Source: Squalus acanthias
Lineage: Eukaryota
Length of the DNA: 64,000 nucleotides
Direction: 5' to 3'
NCBI GenBank assembly: GCA_030390025.1
Contig: CM059431.1
Location: forward strand, 141,796,001 to 141,860,000
This document shows positions 34,601 to 46,451 of the stretch, one piece after another (positions within the stretch are counted from its first letter, which is position 1; each line of letters opens with the position of its first letter). Under the pieces are notes generated by a model that was not told the origin of the DNA, did no database searches, and was given only the letters and a program-made list of their open reading frames with translations. The translations under genes and the position numbers were made by a program.

Positions 34601-37190
34601 CCTCTCCTTTTTACCATTTATTTCTGTCTGCCTTTCACTTTCCTCTATTTCACTACATGGGTTTCTAGCCCCCTGCCATACTAGTTTAAATGCTCCCGAA
34701 CTGCTTTATCAAAATTTACCCCGAGAACCTCAGTTCCATCTTTGCACAGGTGTAGACCGTCCCTTTTGTATAGGTCACACCTACCACAAAACTGGTCCCA
34801 ATGCCTCAAAAATTTAAAACCCTCCCTCTTACACCACTGCTCAAGCCACGTATTTAGCCTAACTATCCTGTTCTCTGTACTCTTACTAGCACGTGGCACT
34901 GGTAGTAATCCAGAGATTACTACCTTCGAGGTCCTACTTTTTAGCTTGGCTCCTAACTCCCTAAATTCTACTTGTAGGACCTCTTCCCTTTTTTTAGCTA
35001 CGTCGTTGGTACCAACATGTATCACGACAACTGGCTGTTCCCCCTCCCCCTCCAGAATGTTCTGCACCCGCGCCGAGACATCCTTGACCCTTGCACCAGG
35101 GAGGCAAATTACCATCCTGGAGTCTTTACAGTATACTAAAGTGCAAGAAATAAAAGTAAATCGCTGTTTCACCTGGAATGAGTGTTTGGGGCCCTGGACA
35201 GTGGTAAGGGTGGAGGTAAAAGGCCATGTGTTGCATTTCCTGTGCTTGCATGGGACAGTGCCGGACGAAGGGAAATGGGTATTGGGGATGATAGAGGAGT
35301 GGACTAGGGTGTCGCAGAAGGAGCGGTTCCTTGGGACTGCTGAAAGGGGAGGTGAGGGGAAGATATTTTTGGGCGGTGGGATCACGCTGGAGGTGACGGT
35401 AATGTTGGAGGATGAGCCGTTGAATGTGAAAGCTGGTGGGGTGAAAGATGAGGAAAAGGGGAACCCTATCCTGGTTCCGGGAGGGAGGGGAAGTGGTGAG
35501 AGCAGAAGTGCGGTAAATAGAACTGAATCGGTCAAGGGCCATGTGAACCACAGTAGAGGGGAATCTTCGGTTAAGGAAATTGGATGACATATCGGAAGCA
35601 CTAGTATGGAAGGTATCATCGTCAGAGCAGATGCAACGGAGATGTAGAAACTGGGAGAATGGAATAGAATCCTTACAGTAATCGAGGTGGGAGGAAGTGT
35701 AGTCCAGGTAGCTGTGGGAGTCAGTGGGCTTGTAGTGAATGTTTGTCAATAGCTTATCCCCAGAAATGGAGTCAGAGAAGTCGAGGAAGGGAAGGGAAGA
35801 GTCGGAGATGGAGATGTGAAGGTGAGGGAAGGGTGGAAATTTTTAGCAAAGTGAATGACATTTTCTAGTTCAGAGCGAGAGCAGGAAACAACACCGATAC
35901 AGTCATCAATGTACCTGAAAAGGAGGTAAGGGAGGGGACCTGAGTAGGACTGGAACAAACAATGTTCCACCTATCCCACGAAAAGGCAGGCATAGCTGGG
36001 ACCCATGCGGGTTCCCATAGCGACACCTCAGATTTGGAGGAAGTGTGTGGAGTCAAAGGAGAAGTTGTTCAATGAGAGAACAAGTTCAGCCAGGCGGAGG
36101 AGGGTGTTGGTGGATGGGGGCTTGTTGGGCCTCTGTTCAAGGAAGAAGCGGAGCGCCCTCAGGCTCTCCTGGTAGGCGATGGAGGTGTAGAGGGATGGGA
36201 CGTCCAGAGTGAAACGGAGACGGTTGGGGCCAGGAAACTGGAAAATGTTAAAGTGGCAGAGAGCATCGGACGAGTCACGGATGTAGGTGTGAAGAGACTG
36301 GACAAGGGGGAGAAAAAATAGAGTAGTGATAGGAAGGGATATGTTCTGTGGGACAAGAACAGGCTGAAACGATGGGTCTACCATGGCAGTCCTGTTTGTG
36401 GATCTTGGGAAGGAGGTAGCAGCGGGCTGTGCGTGGTTGGGAAACTATGAAGTTGGCGGCCGTGGAGGGAAGTTCTCCAGAGGAGATGAAGTAAGTTACA
36501 ATCTTGGAATCGGTGGCTTGTTGTTCGGGAGTGGGGTCATGCTCCAGGCGAAGCTAGGAGGATCTGTCGGAGAGTTGGCGTTCAGCCTCCACTCGGTAGA
36601 TGTCGGTTCGCCAAACAACAACAGCACCACCCTTGTCAGCAGTTTTAATGACAATGTTGGGGATGGATCTGAGAGAATGGAGTGCTTCAAGTTCAGAAGG
36701 AGGTAGGTTGGAGATGGTAAGGGGAACAGAGAAATGGAGACGCCCGATGTCACGGCGGAAGTTTGCAATGAAAAGATCTAGACAGGTTAAGAGGGAGGGG
36801 TCCAGGTAGAACAAGAATTCTGAAAGCGGGAGAAAGGGTCAGCCGTGCGGGAGGAAGACTCCTGGCCAAAGAAGTGGGCACGGAGACGAAGGCGGCGGAA
36901 AAAGAGCTCAGCATCGTGCCGAGCTCGAAATTCATTGAGATGGGGGCGTAAGGGGATGAAGCTCAGGCATTTGCTGAGGACTGATCGTTCGGGGTCAGAG
37001 AGGGGAAGTTCAGAAGGGATAGTGAAAACACGGCAGGGGGTGAGATTGGAAGAAGGGATGGGGTCAGAGGAACATGAAGGGGAAGAAGGTTCCGGAGGGA
37101 TATTTGTGTACAAGAGTTGTTGAAGCTTGCTATCCTTGACACCTGAAAGGAAGAAAACAAGTTTTTTGTTCAAGCGCCGGATGAGGCGAA
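31632..37190 (-). mobile_element. Degenerate Penelope-like retroelement (RT + GIY-YIG), split by a CR1 fragment
   Basis: IKTADKGGAVVVW, LDVPSLYTSI, GVAMGTRMGP, RYIDD, YKPTD in 35126-37173; GIY-YIG LVYC (~35130) resumes as RCSRCGLLYIG at ~32030. Confidence 0.93.
32030..35127 (-). mobile_element. Young CR1 fragment truncated at both ends (ORF1 C-terminus + most of ORF2)
   Basis: ORF1 KDSRMVICLPGA...REHLN*; ORF2 open 34684-32537, single TAG at 32534-32536, continues in frame to RRLRGDL; no 3' UTR or tail. Confidence 0.95.
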
Positions 37191-37194
37191 GGAT

Positions 37195-37715
37195 GTGGTT
37201 GACTGTGTTCAGTTCTGGTCACCGCACCTTAGGACGGGTATATTAGCCTTGGAGGGTGTGCAGCCTAGATTTACTGGAATGATACATAGACTCGAAGGGT
37301 TAAATTACGAGGAGAGATTACTCAAATTAGGGTTGTATTACCTGGAATTTAAAAGCTTAAGGGGTGATTTGATTGAAGTATTCAAGATATTAAAGCGAAC
37401 TGATAGAGTAGATAGAGAGAAACTGTTTCCGATGTTCTAGGACGATGGGGCAGAGTCTAAAAAATAGAGCCCGACCTTTCAGGAGTGAAGTTAGGAAACA
37501 CTTCTACATGCAATGGGTGGTAGAAATTTGTAACTCACTTCCGCAATCTGCAGTTGATGCTGAGTCAATTGTTAATTTTAAACATGATCGTTTTTTGTTA
37601 ACCTCCGGGATATCGGGAAAAGGGATATAAATGGAGTTGGGTCATAGATCACACATGATCTAATTAAATGGCGGAACAGGCTCGAGGGTGTAAATGGCTC
37701 ACTCCTGTTCCTATA
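37195..37715 (+). mobile_element. Old CR1 3' fragment
   Basis: CVQFWSPHL...LRGDLIEVFKIL plus 3' UTR; inverted paralog of the fragments at ~18390-18900 and ~19840-20400. Confidence 0.85.
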
Positions 37716-37783
37716 ATGAGTGTGAAATGATCGTGTTTCAAGGTGCTGCCCGCAAGTGGAGATGAGAAACGTGATTTAAAAAA

Positions 37784-37856
37784 AGCCCGAACAGGGACTT
37801 GAACCCAAGACCGTCAGATTAAAAGTCTGATGCTCTGCCGACTGAGCTATCCGGGC
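37784..37856 (-). tRNA. tRNA-Lys(TTT), near-intact
   Basis: GCCCGGATAGCTCAGTCGGCAGAGCATCAGACTTTTAATCTGACGGTCTTGGGTTCAAGTCCCTGTTCGGGCT; cloverleaf with one T-stem mismatch; T-run terminator immediately downstream. Confidence 0.75.
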
Positions 37857-38229
37857 TCTGCTACCGCCACGCAATTCAACGACTTTCATTGGCTCACGTA
37901 CTGCTTTACACACTCAACCAATTGCATTTGCTTTTCCAGTAATCCCGCCTGTACAGCGCATTTCTCTCACAAACGCAGACTGACTGACTGGTTCACATCA
38001 GGAACAGTCTCCCTCCTACAAAGGACACGCTCTTTATCAGCGGCCTCAAATGGGAAAACGGAGGTATCAGTTTGTAACAGTAAATACATGAGGGCATCTG
38101 GCGCTTCTCTCCCTGACACTGGGGAACTAGTGAGACAGACTTTACAGCAAGGTTCTGTTTATTGTGAAAAAGCAAAGAAAATATTGTGACGGAATTATCC
38201 AGACTACAAACAACGCTAAAAAAGAGCTC

Positions 38230-38285
38230 TGACCCCGACGCCTTCTGATCTGGAGTCAGACGCGCTACCGTTGCGCCACGAGGTC
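38230..38285 (-). pseudogene. tRNA-Trp(CCA) lacking the T arm
   Basis: GACCTCGTGGCGCAACGGTAGCGCGTCTGACTCCAGATCAGAAGGC/GTCGGGGTCA: canonical apart from a 16-nt deletion. Confidence 0.92.
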
Positions 38286-39379
38286 ACAACAGCTCGCAGA
38301 AATAAAGCAGGACACTGCTCAGAATATACAACAGGTGGTGCAGCTTCCGAAAAAGAATTAAACTTTCGGCGTGTAGACAGTCTTTAGAACTACAAACAAG
38401 TCCGTGTGAAAATATAAACTATGGGTGTGTATATCGAATCATCGAAACTCACAGCACAGAAGGAGGGTATTCGGCCCGGTCGTCCCTGTGCTGGCTTAGA
38501 AAGAGCAGCCGTGCTGTATTTCCATATTTGTCCTCCCTAAGTGCATCACTTCACACTTCTCCGCATTGACCTCCATCTGCTATGCTTCTGCCCATTTCAC
38601 CCTCCTGTCTGTGTCATCCTGAAGTAGACAACTATCCTCATCATTATCTAATAAGGTGCCAAATTCGTGAAATTTGCAAACCTTATAATGCTGCTCGAGT
38701 CAAGTTCGTTTATAAAAGTTGCAAAGAGAAAAGGACCCGAAACAGAACCTTGGGGTCACCACTGCAAACCACCTCCCCTCGTGAAACACACCCATCCATC
38801 ACCACCCTTTACTTCCTGTCACTGAGCCAATTCTGTATCCATACCCTCACTTTTCCCTTAATTCCATGGGCTTCCATCTTATTAACAAGCCTCCTGTCTG
38901 TGTATGAGATTTATATAGAAAGTTAGTGTTTATGTGATGAGTGCGATGCGTTATATGTGGGACAGTTTAAAGTTTATTTTTATAACATGATAAATCTTTT
39001 TATAAAAATAAAATTTATATAATTGCATCTGTGATCATCTAAATGTACTTGGATGTATCTGTGTGCTAGTTATAAATATATTTGTGTGTATCTTTGTGTT
39101 AGTTATCATTGTTTTTGTGTGTGCGTGTGTGTGTTATGTATACATATATTTGTGTGTAATTTATAAGTACCATATTGAGAAATAAATATATACAAAATAC
39201 ATTTGGAATGAAGGCAGATATCCCCCAATAAAGGATAAATATTACAGGTACACGGGAAAACATTTGCAATCAGCAGAGTCATGAAATGCATTAACATGTA
39301 AAATAATCATAATAAATTTGCATCCAAAAGGGATAGACCCAATTATATTTAAAATTATCGCAATGATTTAATTTAGTTT

Positions 39380-39451
39380 TCCTTGGAGATCCAGTAGTTG
39401 GGATTCGGCGCTTTCATTGTCGCGGCCTGTGTTCGAGTCCCAGTCAGAGGC
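39380..39451 (+). pseudogene. tRNA-Glu(TTC) pseudogene
   Basis: TCCTTGGAGATCCAGTAGTTGGGATTCGGCGCTTTCATTGTCGCGGCCTGTGTTCGAGTCCCAGTCAGAGG. Confidence 0.82.
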
Positions 39452-39745
39452 TAAAGCGCAGCTTTTAATTCAATTAATCCATGCATATGTTGTGAGAAAA
39501 AAAGCCTATTGTTTTAATCACCATTAATGAACTGATGACCTTCTTTTGCAGAATGAAGGAAATGCTGACTAACCAAGAGTCGATACTTCAGTATTTTTCT
39601 GTGATGAACTGTGACCCACATCTCATTTCACAAACAGGAGTCTGGTTTAAAATGTCCATTGCTTCTGACACCAGGAATCTGGTGCTACTTATGTTAAACT
39701 GAACAGGACCGGTTATTTCTCAGACAATAATATTCTGCGACACAA

Positions 39746-39812
39746 GGTTCCCGCCCGGGCCCGGGACATTCCGCGCGTGAGGCGAAGGTGAAAACCGCTC
39801 CAGTCCGGAAAC
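39746..39812 (-). pseudogene. tRNA-Val(CAC) pseudogene, T loop deleted
   Basis: GTTTCCGGACTGGAGCGGTTTTCACCTTCGCCTCACGCGCGGAATGTCCCGGG/CCCGGGCGGGAACC. Confidence 0.78.
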
Positions 39813-41872
39813 CAGCGCTTCACTGCACACACACTGTTCAGCGAGATGCTCAATTCCTCTTTCTGCAAATTCATCACTAGTGAACCGACAATCCCAGGGT
39901 GCTGATTTTCAGATTTACATCAGTAACATTTTATATAATGTCATGTCACCGCGAACCAGCTCTCCTGCAACCGGTGCGGTCTCCCTTCCAGCCTTCCCTG
40001 CCTTGTTTGTTCCGAAGTATTCTGATTGTCATCGACCTGAAACGTTAACTCTGTTTCTCTCTCCACAGATGCTGCCTGACCTGCTGGATATGTTGATGGA
40101 GTTAGATGAAGGAGGGTGGGAGGAGGCTCATGAGGAGACTAAAAACACGGGCATGGACCTGTTGGGCTGAATGGCCTGTTCCCCTGCTGTAAATACTGTG
40201 TAATACTGTGTAATACAGCACAGATATTCCCCGTGCAAACTTCATCTACTTGAGCTACTTTTAAAGTGTTTCCGGGCTTCAACTGTTCAAATGTTTACCG
40301 CCGGTTCGCTGCTGGCGTAGACCAATTTCACTCAATGATCTTCTGACGTGGAGATGAGAGTGCTGGAACTGAGTCAAAGCTAGTCTGAACCGGGCATCTG
40401 TTGCTGTATTGTTGTGTGGGTTGTTTGGTTTTATCCTACTTTTTTCATTCAAAGTTATGAAAGTTCCGACCCTCAGTTGTTGAATAAAATGATCACAAAT
40501 TTGAATGACCGACACTCAACATTTCCTCAGTTTCCACACCCACATTCTCCAAATAATGTTCTAAATGCCATGACAATATTCAGTCCACTTTTATATTAAT
40601 GGTAATTATAATCCAAGTTCATCTCTCTTGATTAATCGAATCACATTCCAGGTGGAGTGGGTCTTTATCAATGTTTTCTTTGAAGGCTTGTGCGTGAGGA
40701 AGATTATTTAAGCTTTTGCGGCACTGACACTTAACATTTAAACTTCAGTAATATTGGGCACAAGCAATTGGTGTAAGTGTTCTGTTGGGCCGCGGGGGCC
40801 GAGTGACTCAGCGACGGATTATTAATCAATTGCATGAAGTTCGCGTGGATTTGAATTTCGCCCTAATTCGTATCAAGTCCCGTTCACCCATCGCGACTGT
40901 GCTCGCTGACCTACAGTGTCTCCTGGTTAAGCAATGCCTCGAAATCAACCGTCTCATCCTTGTTTTCAAATTGCATTTTAACTTCCCTTTTTAAAGTTAC
41001 AATTGAATCGGTTTTCCCCGCCCTCTCACGCAGTGCACGCTCTCTCACCCAGATCGTAACAACTCGCTGAGTAAAGAACAATCTCCTCACATCACTTTAC
41101 CAATTATCATAAATCAGTGTCCTCTTGTTCCCGACCCTCTTGTCAGTGGAAACAGTTTCACCCTCTCTGCGCTAATACCCCGCCACCCCCGCGCACCCCA
41201 TAATTCTGAACACCTCAATTAAATCTCCGCTTAACCTTCTTCGCTCTAAGGAGAACAATCCTAGCTTCGTTAGTCTCTCCATATAACTGAATTCCCTCAT
41301 CCCTGGACATGATGCAAGGCGGAGGATTGGAAAATATTGCCAGTTGGGAGCGGGAAAATTCGAAATGAACCAAAAAAGAAAACACAGTCACCAGCTTTGT
41401 GAATCTTTAGATCCGCTTCAGGAAACGGAATCAGATGCGAATGAAGGGCGAACCGCCCGATTGACCACAGCCGGTCAAGACACCGTTCCCTGGTTTCAGA
41501 CGTTGGAACATTTTTTCTGATGGTATCGGTGACATTAACTGCTCTGAGACATTTAAAAGATTCTCGTTACTGCAGATCAGGAAATCAAACCAAACATCGC
41601 GTTATGGACAATTAGAATACTTAGAAACAAACAAGGCGCCGAAAGGCTAGAAGGGAGACCGCACCGTTAGCAGGAGAGCTGGTTCGCGGTGACATGGGTG
41701 TGTCTGCAGTGTGCGGGACCAGACAGTCTCTGTGTGTTCACAATGAATGGCACATTCTTTAATTTGGAAATGTAAAACTGATAGTGAGCAATTGCTATTT
41801 CGGTCGCAGAAATCTGAAACTTTATCTCGCCGACACCCTGGTTTAGGGAATCATGCAGTGGCACACCCGACC

Positions 41873-41932
41873 GTCTCTGTGGCGCAATCGATTAGCGCGG
41901 AACAGTTGGTGGTTCGAGCCCACCCAGGGACG
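41873..41932 (+). pseudogene. tRNA-Asn lacking the anticodon arm
   Basis: GTCTCTGTGGCGCAATCGATTAGCGCG/GAACAGTTGGTGGTTCGAGCCCACCCAGGGACG: 14 nt (TTCGGCTGTTAACC) missing; T-runs at 41937 and 41946. Confidence 0.9.
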
Positions 41933-43828
41933 AAGATTTTAACTGTTTTTTGCCCTTTACGATTCATTGCCGCACAGTTCCAGGTTGTCAATGTGAGCTT
42001 TGGCTGCAGGAAAATATTCTGCACACATTGCCAGCTGTGCTGTTATCCAGTAAGTTCCCACCCAAATACTTTTATGAGCACTCATTTCAAATCAAATGAT
42101 AAAAACTTGCAGATGGATCATGTTCCTCCATCCAACCCGTTAGAAATATATTAAGTTATTGGGATCAAATAAACTGATGGAAATTGATTCTGTATCTCCA
42201 TATATAAAACTGGAACAGGCCATCGCACCGTGTGAGGCTACATTGAATGTGTGGCTATTGTACAGCTGGTATTGGGGAAAGCAATTTAAAACACGCTGGG
42301 CCATTTTAGTGATAATTTAGCTCCATCTAATAACTGTATTTTTTCAATGTAAAACGTTGTAAAACACTGCGGTCTGACAGCAGGCACATGCGAACATGAT
42401 GCAATATTTGTGTAGGCGTCATGCTCGGAGCTCCCTGCCTAAACCCCTCCAACTTTATCCCTCCGTCACCTCCTTCAGACCCTCATTAAAACCGATGGTT
42501 TTGAGCAGTTTGTGTCACCCCTCTTACTAGTTCCATATTTGTATAATATAATGAGCTAAAGCTGACGCCGATCAAAGGGGCATAAAACACTAAATATAAG
42601 GATGAGCTCACAAATATCAGGCGCAGTGCGGGTCTGGTCAACGTTAAACTCCTCCTTTCTCATTCAATAGAGGAAGAAGAGACTCAACGGGAGTCAGACG
42701 CCATAAAGTTTAATAAATAGAACAACAAAAGACACAAATACAACTAACATCTATTTCCAAATCTTATCAATGTACATTTATTTCACTTTAACTAAAAGCT
42801 GACTGCTATGACTTTGAAAATGAGCACCATGTGGTTTGTGTTCACTCGTGACTTGTATTCCTGTGCTTGTCCTTTAAGTTTACAATTCACTTTGTATTGG
42901 ATATTGAAGAGTCTCGCCTTTCAAGATGAGGTCACAACGCACCACGTGTAAAGCAACCGACTTGTACAATGACACATGGAGTTTGTCCAACACCTGTGCT
43001 ACCAGAGCCTTTCAGCGGGTAGATTGATGACAGAATTTGCAGAATAGGACAACAAAAATATTCCATCGTCATTGAAAGTTATTGATCATTTTTCTAAGTA
43101 AGGGTCCTGTGCACAATGATCAAGTGAAAAATAGTTTCACTATTTTAACCCTATTAATTCCTTTCATAATTCTAAATACCTCAAAGAAATCAGCGCTTAA
43201 CCTACTATATTCCAAGGAATACAAGCCTAGTTTATGTAATCTCGCCTCATAATCTAACCAATTGACCCTGGAAACATTCTGGTGGATCTGTGCTGCACTG
43301 CTTCCGAGGCCAATGTCTATCCTTTCTGAGATGCCGGGCCCAGAACTGTACAGAGTACTCCAGAGGTGGTCTAACCAGGACTTTGTACAGCTGTAGCAAA
43401 AGTTTCTCCGCTTTGTTTAACTGCCTCTGTAACAGATTATACAGCTCGTGTGATTGGATTGTATATACGAACTCGGCAAAATAAGGACTCGTTTGATCGA
43501 AATAAACTCTTTAAAAATTCGATTTGAAATCAATTCCACAAATAAATATATTTTTTTAACGAAACTGTGGAAGAATTCCGGGTTCAAGTTTCAGTGTCAT
43601 TGAATCAGGGGAACTTCGTCAGTCACCGCTCACTGTGCATCGACACGGCAGAGGCTCCAACACCTCTGACAATATTGTTTCTCCAAATTCTCAGTTTCCA
43701 AAATGGAATTGGATAATTACTTGAAAGGGAAACATGTGCAGGTCTCTGGGGAAAGAGCAGGGGTGAGGGATTAATTGGGGCACTTTCAAAGAGCCGACAC
43801 AGGCACGATGGGCGAATTACCTCCTTCT

Positions 43829-45470
43829 AAGAACATAAAAATTAGGAGCAGGAGTAAGCCATTCGGCACTTCGAGCCTGCTCAACCATTCAATGAGATCA
43901 TGGCTGATCTTCTGCCTCAACTCCATTCACCGGCCCTATCGCCATATCCCTTGATGCCATTACTAGTCAGAAATCTGTCGACTTCTGTTTTGAATATACC
44001 CAATGACTGAGCCTCCACAGCCCTTTGAGGTAGAGAATTCGAAAGATTCAACATCCTCTGTGTGAATAATTTTTTTCTCATCTCAGTCCTGAATGACCTA
44101 CCTTTATCCTGACGCTGTGGCCCCTGGTTCTAGACTCCCTAGCCAAGGGAAACATTCTCCCAGCATCTACGCTAACAAACCCTGTAATAATTTTATATGC
44201 TTCAAAGAGATCCCCTCTCATTCTTCTCAATTCAAGAGAATACAGGCCTAGTTTACTCAATCTCTTCTCATACGACAGTCCTGCTATCCCAGGAATCAAC
44301 CTCGCGATCCTTCGTTGCATTCCCTCTGTGGCAAGTATATCCTTCCTTAGGTAAGAAAGACCAAAATTGTACACAGTACTCCAGTGTGGTCTCATCAAGG
44401 CCCTATACAATTGTTTTAAAACTTCTTTACTCCTGTACTCAAATGCTCTTGCAATGAAGGCCAGCATACCATTTGCCTTCCTAATGGCTTGCTGCACCTG
44501 CACATTCACTTTCAGTGATTCGTGTACAAGAACACCCAGGTCCCTTTGAACATCTGCATGTCCCAATCTTTCACATTTAGGAAATACTATACTTTTCTGT
44601 TTTTTTCTACCAAAGTGGATAACTTCACATTTATCCACATTATATTCCATCTGCCATGTTATCGCCCACTCACTGAGCCTGTCGAGATCCCCTTGAAGCC
44701 TCTTCACATCCTCTTCACAACTGACACTGCCACCTAGCTTTGTATCATCAGCAAATTTGGAAATGTTACAATTAGTCCCCTCATCCAAATCATTGATACA
44801 GATTGTGAATAGCTGGGGCCCAAGCACCGATCCTTGCGGTACCCCACTAGTCACAGCCTGCCATCCTGAAAAAGACCCGTTTATCCCTACTCTTTGCTTT
44901 CTGTCTGTTAACCAGTTTTCAATCCATGCAACTACATTACGCCCAATTCCATCTGCCCTAATTCTGTTCACCATCCCTTTGTATGGGACCTGATCGAAGG
45001 CCTTCTGAAAATCCAAATACAGCACATCTACCGGTTCCCCTTTGTCTACTCCACTAGTTACATCCTGAAAGAACTCCAATAGGTTTGTCAAACAGGATTT
45101 GCTTTTCATAAATCCATGTTGACTCTGCCCAATCTTACTATTAGTTTCTAAGTGCCCAGTTATTGTATCCTTTATAATAGATTCCAGCATTTTCCCAACT
45201 ACTGATGTGAGGCTAACAGGTCTGTAGTTCCCGTTTTCTCTCTCCCTCCTTTCTTAAATAACGGTGTTACATTTGCTATCCTCCAATCTGCAGGAACCGT
45301 TCGTGAATCTATAGAATTTTGGAAGTTGACAACCAATGCGTCTACTATCCCAATGGCCACCTCTTTCAAAACCCTAGGATGTAGGTCATCCGGTCCCTGG
45401 GATTTTTCGACTTTTCGTCCCATTAATTCTGCTAGCACTGTTTTTTTACTAATCATAAATATTCTGTGCA
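43829..45470 (-). mobile_element. 5'-truncated CR1 LINE
   Basis: ORFs 45199-45477 and 44078-45190 (RT, FADD), 3' UTR and TATGTTCT tail. Confidence 0.93.
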
Positions 45471-45616
45471 CTGTCATTCTATGATTCTACTGCTAGTTCA
45501 ATGTTTGCCATTCTCTACAACGTTACTCAATAGAGCACCGAAATTCTATTTCTGTAAAACTATTTCCTGAAGTGCAGCACGGATGGTTATGTTCCTAAAA
45601 TCATTCTTGCTGCCGT

Positions 45617-45689
45617 GTTTCTAAAGTGCAGTGGTTATCATGTTTGCTTAACACACGAAATGTCTCTGATTCGGAATCGGGCAGAAGTA
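45617..45689 (+). pseudogene. tRNA-Val(AAC) pseudogene
   Basis: GTTTCTAAAGTGCAGTGGTTATCATGTTTGCTTAACACACGAAATGTCTCTGATTCGGAATCGGGCAGAAGTA. Confidence 0.82.
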
Positions 45690-45864
45690 TTTTGAGAACT
45701 TGTTCAATTAAATATTAGGAAAACAGAATAATTCACATTTGTGTTTAGATATTAACAATATACAATATCTCACAGCTGAGTTATATTTGCTGTTTCTCAG
45801 TTCGGTTATGTACAATTTCAAACTCTACAGTTTCTCTGTATCTCTGTATGTAGTGTCGCTGCAA

Positions 45865-46425
45865 CTCTAGAAAACCCTGGTTAGACCACACCTGGAGTAC
45901 TGTAAGCAGTTCTGGGCACCACACCTTGGGAAGGATGTATTGGCATTGGGGCAGTGCAGCGTAGGTTTACCAGAATAATACCCGGACTTCAAGGGTTAAG
46001 ATAAAAGGAGAGATTACACAAATGTGATTGTATTCACTAGAGTTTAGAAGGTTAAGGGGTGATCTGATTGAAGTTTTCAAGATATTAAGGGGAACAGATA
46101 GGGTAGATAAAGAGAAACTATTGTCGTTAGCTGGGGATTCTAGGAGTAGGGGACATAGTCTAAAGACATTTTAGGAGTGAAATTTGGGATCACTTCTACA
46201 CATAAAGTGTGGTAGAATTTTGGAAATCTCTTCTGCAAATGACAATTGATGCTAGATCGATTGATAATTTTAAAGCTGAGATTGAAAGCTTTTAGTTAAT
46301 CAAAGGTATTAAGGGAAATGGTCCAAAGGCGTGTATATGGAGTTAGGTTGCAAATCAGCCATGATCTAATTGAATGGAGGAACAGGCTCGAGGGGCTGCA
46401 TGGCCTCCTCCTGTTCCTATGTTCC
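45865..46425 (+). mobile_element. Old CR1 3' fragment
   Basis: LVRPHLEYC...FRRLRGDLIEVFK plus 3' UTR. Confidence 0.85.
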
Positions 46426-46451
46426 GATGCTCTCTCACTCGCTCCCCTCAC

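Noticed and set aside
34681..35619. 312-aa PLE/esterase fusion protein (and 235-aa ORF 31802-32509)
   Set aside because: Chance read-through across the insertion junctions of two damaged elements; much of the PLE part is out of its native frame.
40030..40090. Additional hammerheads at ~40030, ~51410 and ~59050
   Set aside because: PLE terminal remnants lacking or mutated in the CTGACGA core.
40300..40395. C/D-box snoRNA-like pattern (ATGATC...CTGA inside CCGGTTC/GAACCGG)
   Set aside because: C box departs from RUGAUGA, spacing is too short and no guide sequence is recognisable.
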